Positions 62,192-64,000 of a stretch of DNA of 64,000 nt are shown here, one piece after another. The notes under the pieces are model-generated. The model made no database searches and was not told the DNA's origin. It saw only the letters and a list, made by a program, of their open reading frames with translations. A program made the position numbers and the translations under genes. Source of the DNA: Harriotta raleighana (lineage: Eukaryota); contig JBNZDD010013726.1 of the NCBI GenBank assembly GCA_050575255.1, positions 9,888,618-9,952,617 of the forward strand, read 5' to 3'. The stretch's first letter is position 1. Every line of letters starts with the position of its first letter.

Positions 62192-62308
62192 TGTTTTGCC
62201 CACAAATTCCACAATCAGTTCACTTTACAGTATATTCTTCTGAAGAGCTTTGAGACATCTCAACAACGAGATAATGTGGTGTATCAATGGGAAGGATTAT
62301 AATATTAT
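62192..62308 (+). mobile_element. SINE 3' fragment
   Basis: TTTGCCCACAAA..TTCACTTTACAGTATATTCT..GCTTTGAGACATCTC..AAGGATTAT. Confidence 0.78.
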
Positions 62309-63372
62309 TGTACAAAACATTGAATATTACAGAACACAGGGGCAATACATCACAGTGTACTGTATAATGTTTTCTGTGTTGCAAAAGACAGAAACTACCT
62401 ACTGGATGGTATCATAATAGCTCATTCTTAAAGCAACAGAACCAATATGATCGACATTACACAGCATTGTAATGAGTCAGTAAGGATTAATTATGGAAAC
62501 TGCATACAGTATTATGTATACAGCAAGCAGTAAAAATTATCTTAAAGTTAGACTGCTTCTTAATTAATCTATCCCATTTAGGCATTGTTCCATATGCATA
62601 GTTATTTTATACATACTATGCAATCTATTAAATCACAGCAACTTGTGATCAATAAGTAGTTTATTGGAAAATTTTGAATTTCCCTGCTAGTTTTTCTTAG
62701 TTAACAGTTCTTTGCATCGAATCAATCAGCAAAGTTTTTGAACTCCCTGGCTACTTTCAAAGTCAACCTTCACTTGTAGTCGATAAGGAAAGCGCTCGGA
62801 ATTATTTAATTCCCAGTTAGTGGTGTGTGCTTCTAATCAATAAGAAGAGAAGCCTAAGGGTACATTTAGAATTTTTGAGATTGCTCAGTTAGTGGGTACT
62901 AATCGATCAGCAATCCACTACATGTTTAGTTTGAGATCCCTGGTTAGTTTTCGTCATTGAATTAGTGGCAGCTGGTATGCAGATCAGGATCCCAAAGTCA
63001 GTGTTTCATCTCCTAGTTTGAACTACCAAGCTCTCTTGTATACATACTTCATCCAAACCAATCTTGAGACACATAAAAATGTAATAACATTTACAGTTTT
63101 GAAAGAAAGGGATGGGAGTGGGGGGAAGAATCATTGGCCTCTCCATAGAAGAAACTTGACTTTTTATTCTCCTGGTATTAGTTGATTTTATACAGTGACT
63201 GTGAATGCAGCATTGACTTCATTGTCTGTTGCAATAAGGATGATTAATAGATTATGGAAAATGTTCAATTTTATTGGCTTGCTCACTTTGAGATGCATTT
63301 TTAAATTGTGTGTCTACCTATCAATTAAGCATAACTGAAGTTTGGTTGTGACTAGAATATTGAAAAGCTTAC

Positions 63373-63407
63373 CCATCTTCACACTCTTATGAGAGAGTTT
63401 GGAAAAC
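63373..63407 (-). other. Candidate 35-nt exon ending in ATG-G
   Basis: cactgctttctcacag|GTTTTCCAAACTCTCTCATAAGAGTGTGAAGATGG|gtaagc: good acceptor and donor, next to a repeat-free motif-rich block (63170-63330). Confidence 0.2.
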
Positions 63408-64000
63408 CTGTGAGAAAGCAGTGGCTGTCCTAGTGTTACCCAGAATACAGAACTTCCTGGTTCCTGAACTGTATCTGGTATATAGTGTTCCTCTGAGGCC
63501 TTCTGCTTTGATAGCAATCATAATGCGTGAACAAAAAACAATCCTCTGAGAAAGTACCACATTGGGTTTTGCCCCATGGGCTCAAAAATTCTTTTATTTT
63601 TCTATGTTTTGAATATGAACTCAATATAGTATTTATACCAACATCTGGGTCAAATATAGGAAGGCCTTCATATCCTGTAACTGATACGCTTATGACAGCT
63701 AATAGTTTACAACTGAAACTAACAAGGGGAGGGGAGGAAGGATTGCATAATGATTGCAATTAATCCCTCCAATATGTTACTGAAGCACTTTGGTTAGTCT
63801 ATCTGTGATCCCTCTATATTTGTGTTCAAATTTGTGCATTACTACTGCAGTCGCATCTGGAATGTACCTTGAAGAATCGTAATGACCTTAGCACTTAAAA
63901 TTTCACTGTGGTAACATTGTGTATCACAAGATGCGTCATCTATGAAACATGCAAAAGGCTTCCCAATCATATCAAGCAAGATTGTTTGTTGAGGAGATTG

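Noticed and set aside
1-64000. CRISPR arrays, rRNA, known miRNA hairpins, DNA transposase or viral genes
   Set aside because: By eye I saw no regularly spaced repeat-spacer array, rRNA motif, familiar mature miRNA or long enzyme ORF. An Rfam/miRBase scan would be needed to exclude small RNAs.

Overview
AT-rich, CpG-depleted vertebrate non-coding DNA (intronic or intergenic). The repeat content points to a cartilaginous fish, probably a holocephalan (chimaera). This is an inference from recalled repeat consensi, not a database hit. No host protein-coding gene can be identified with confidence, and none of the listed ORFs looks real. The one clear protein frame is a 192-codon, 5'-truncated L2-LINE ORF2 C-terminus (2658-3236) that the ORF track missed. 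The window holds 8 near-full copies and many 3' fragments of a tRNA-headed SINE with an (ATT)n tail. It also holds older DeuSINE/SacSINE1-like, AmnSINE2-like and LF-SINE-like elements, L2 and CR1 3' ends, and long repeat-free blocks rich in TAAT/ATTA that resemble conserved non-coding elements. Four tandem duplications each straddle a single N and are assembly overlaps. The most unusual signal is a set of short segments copied from DNA 0.1-1.4 kb away, in direct or inverted orientation, often with junction microhomology and at retroelement junctions. These look like scars of locally templated break repair. I found no convincing novel protein or RNA system.
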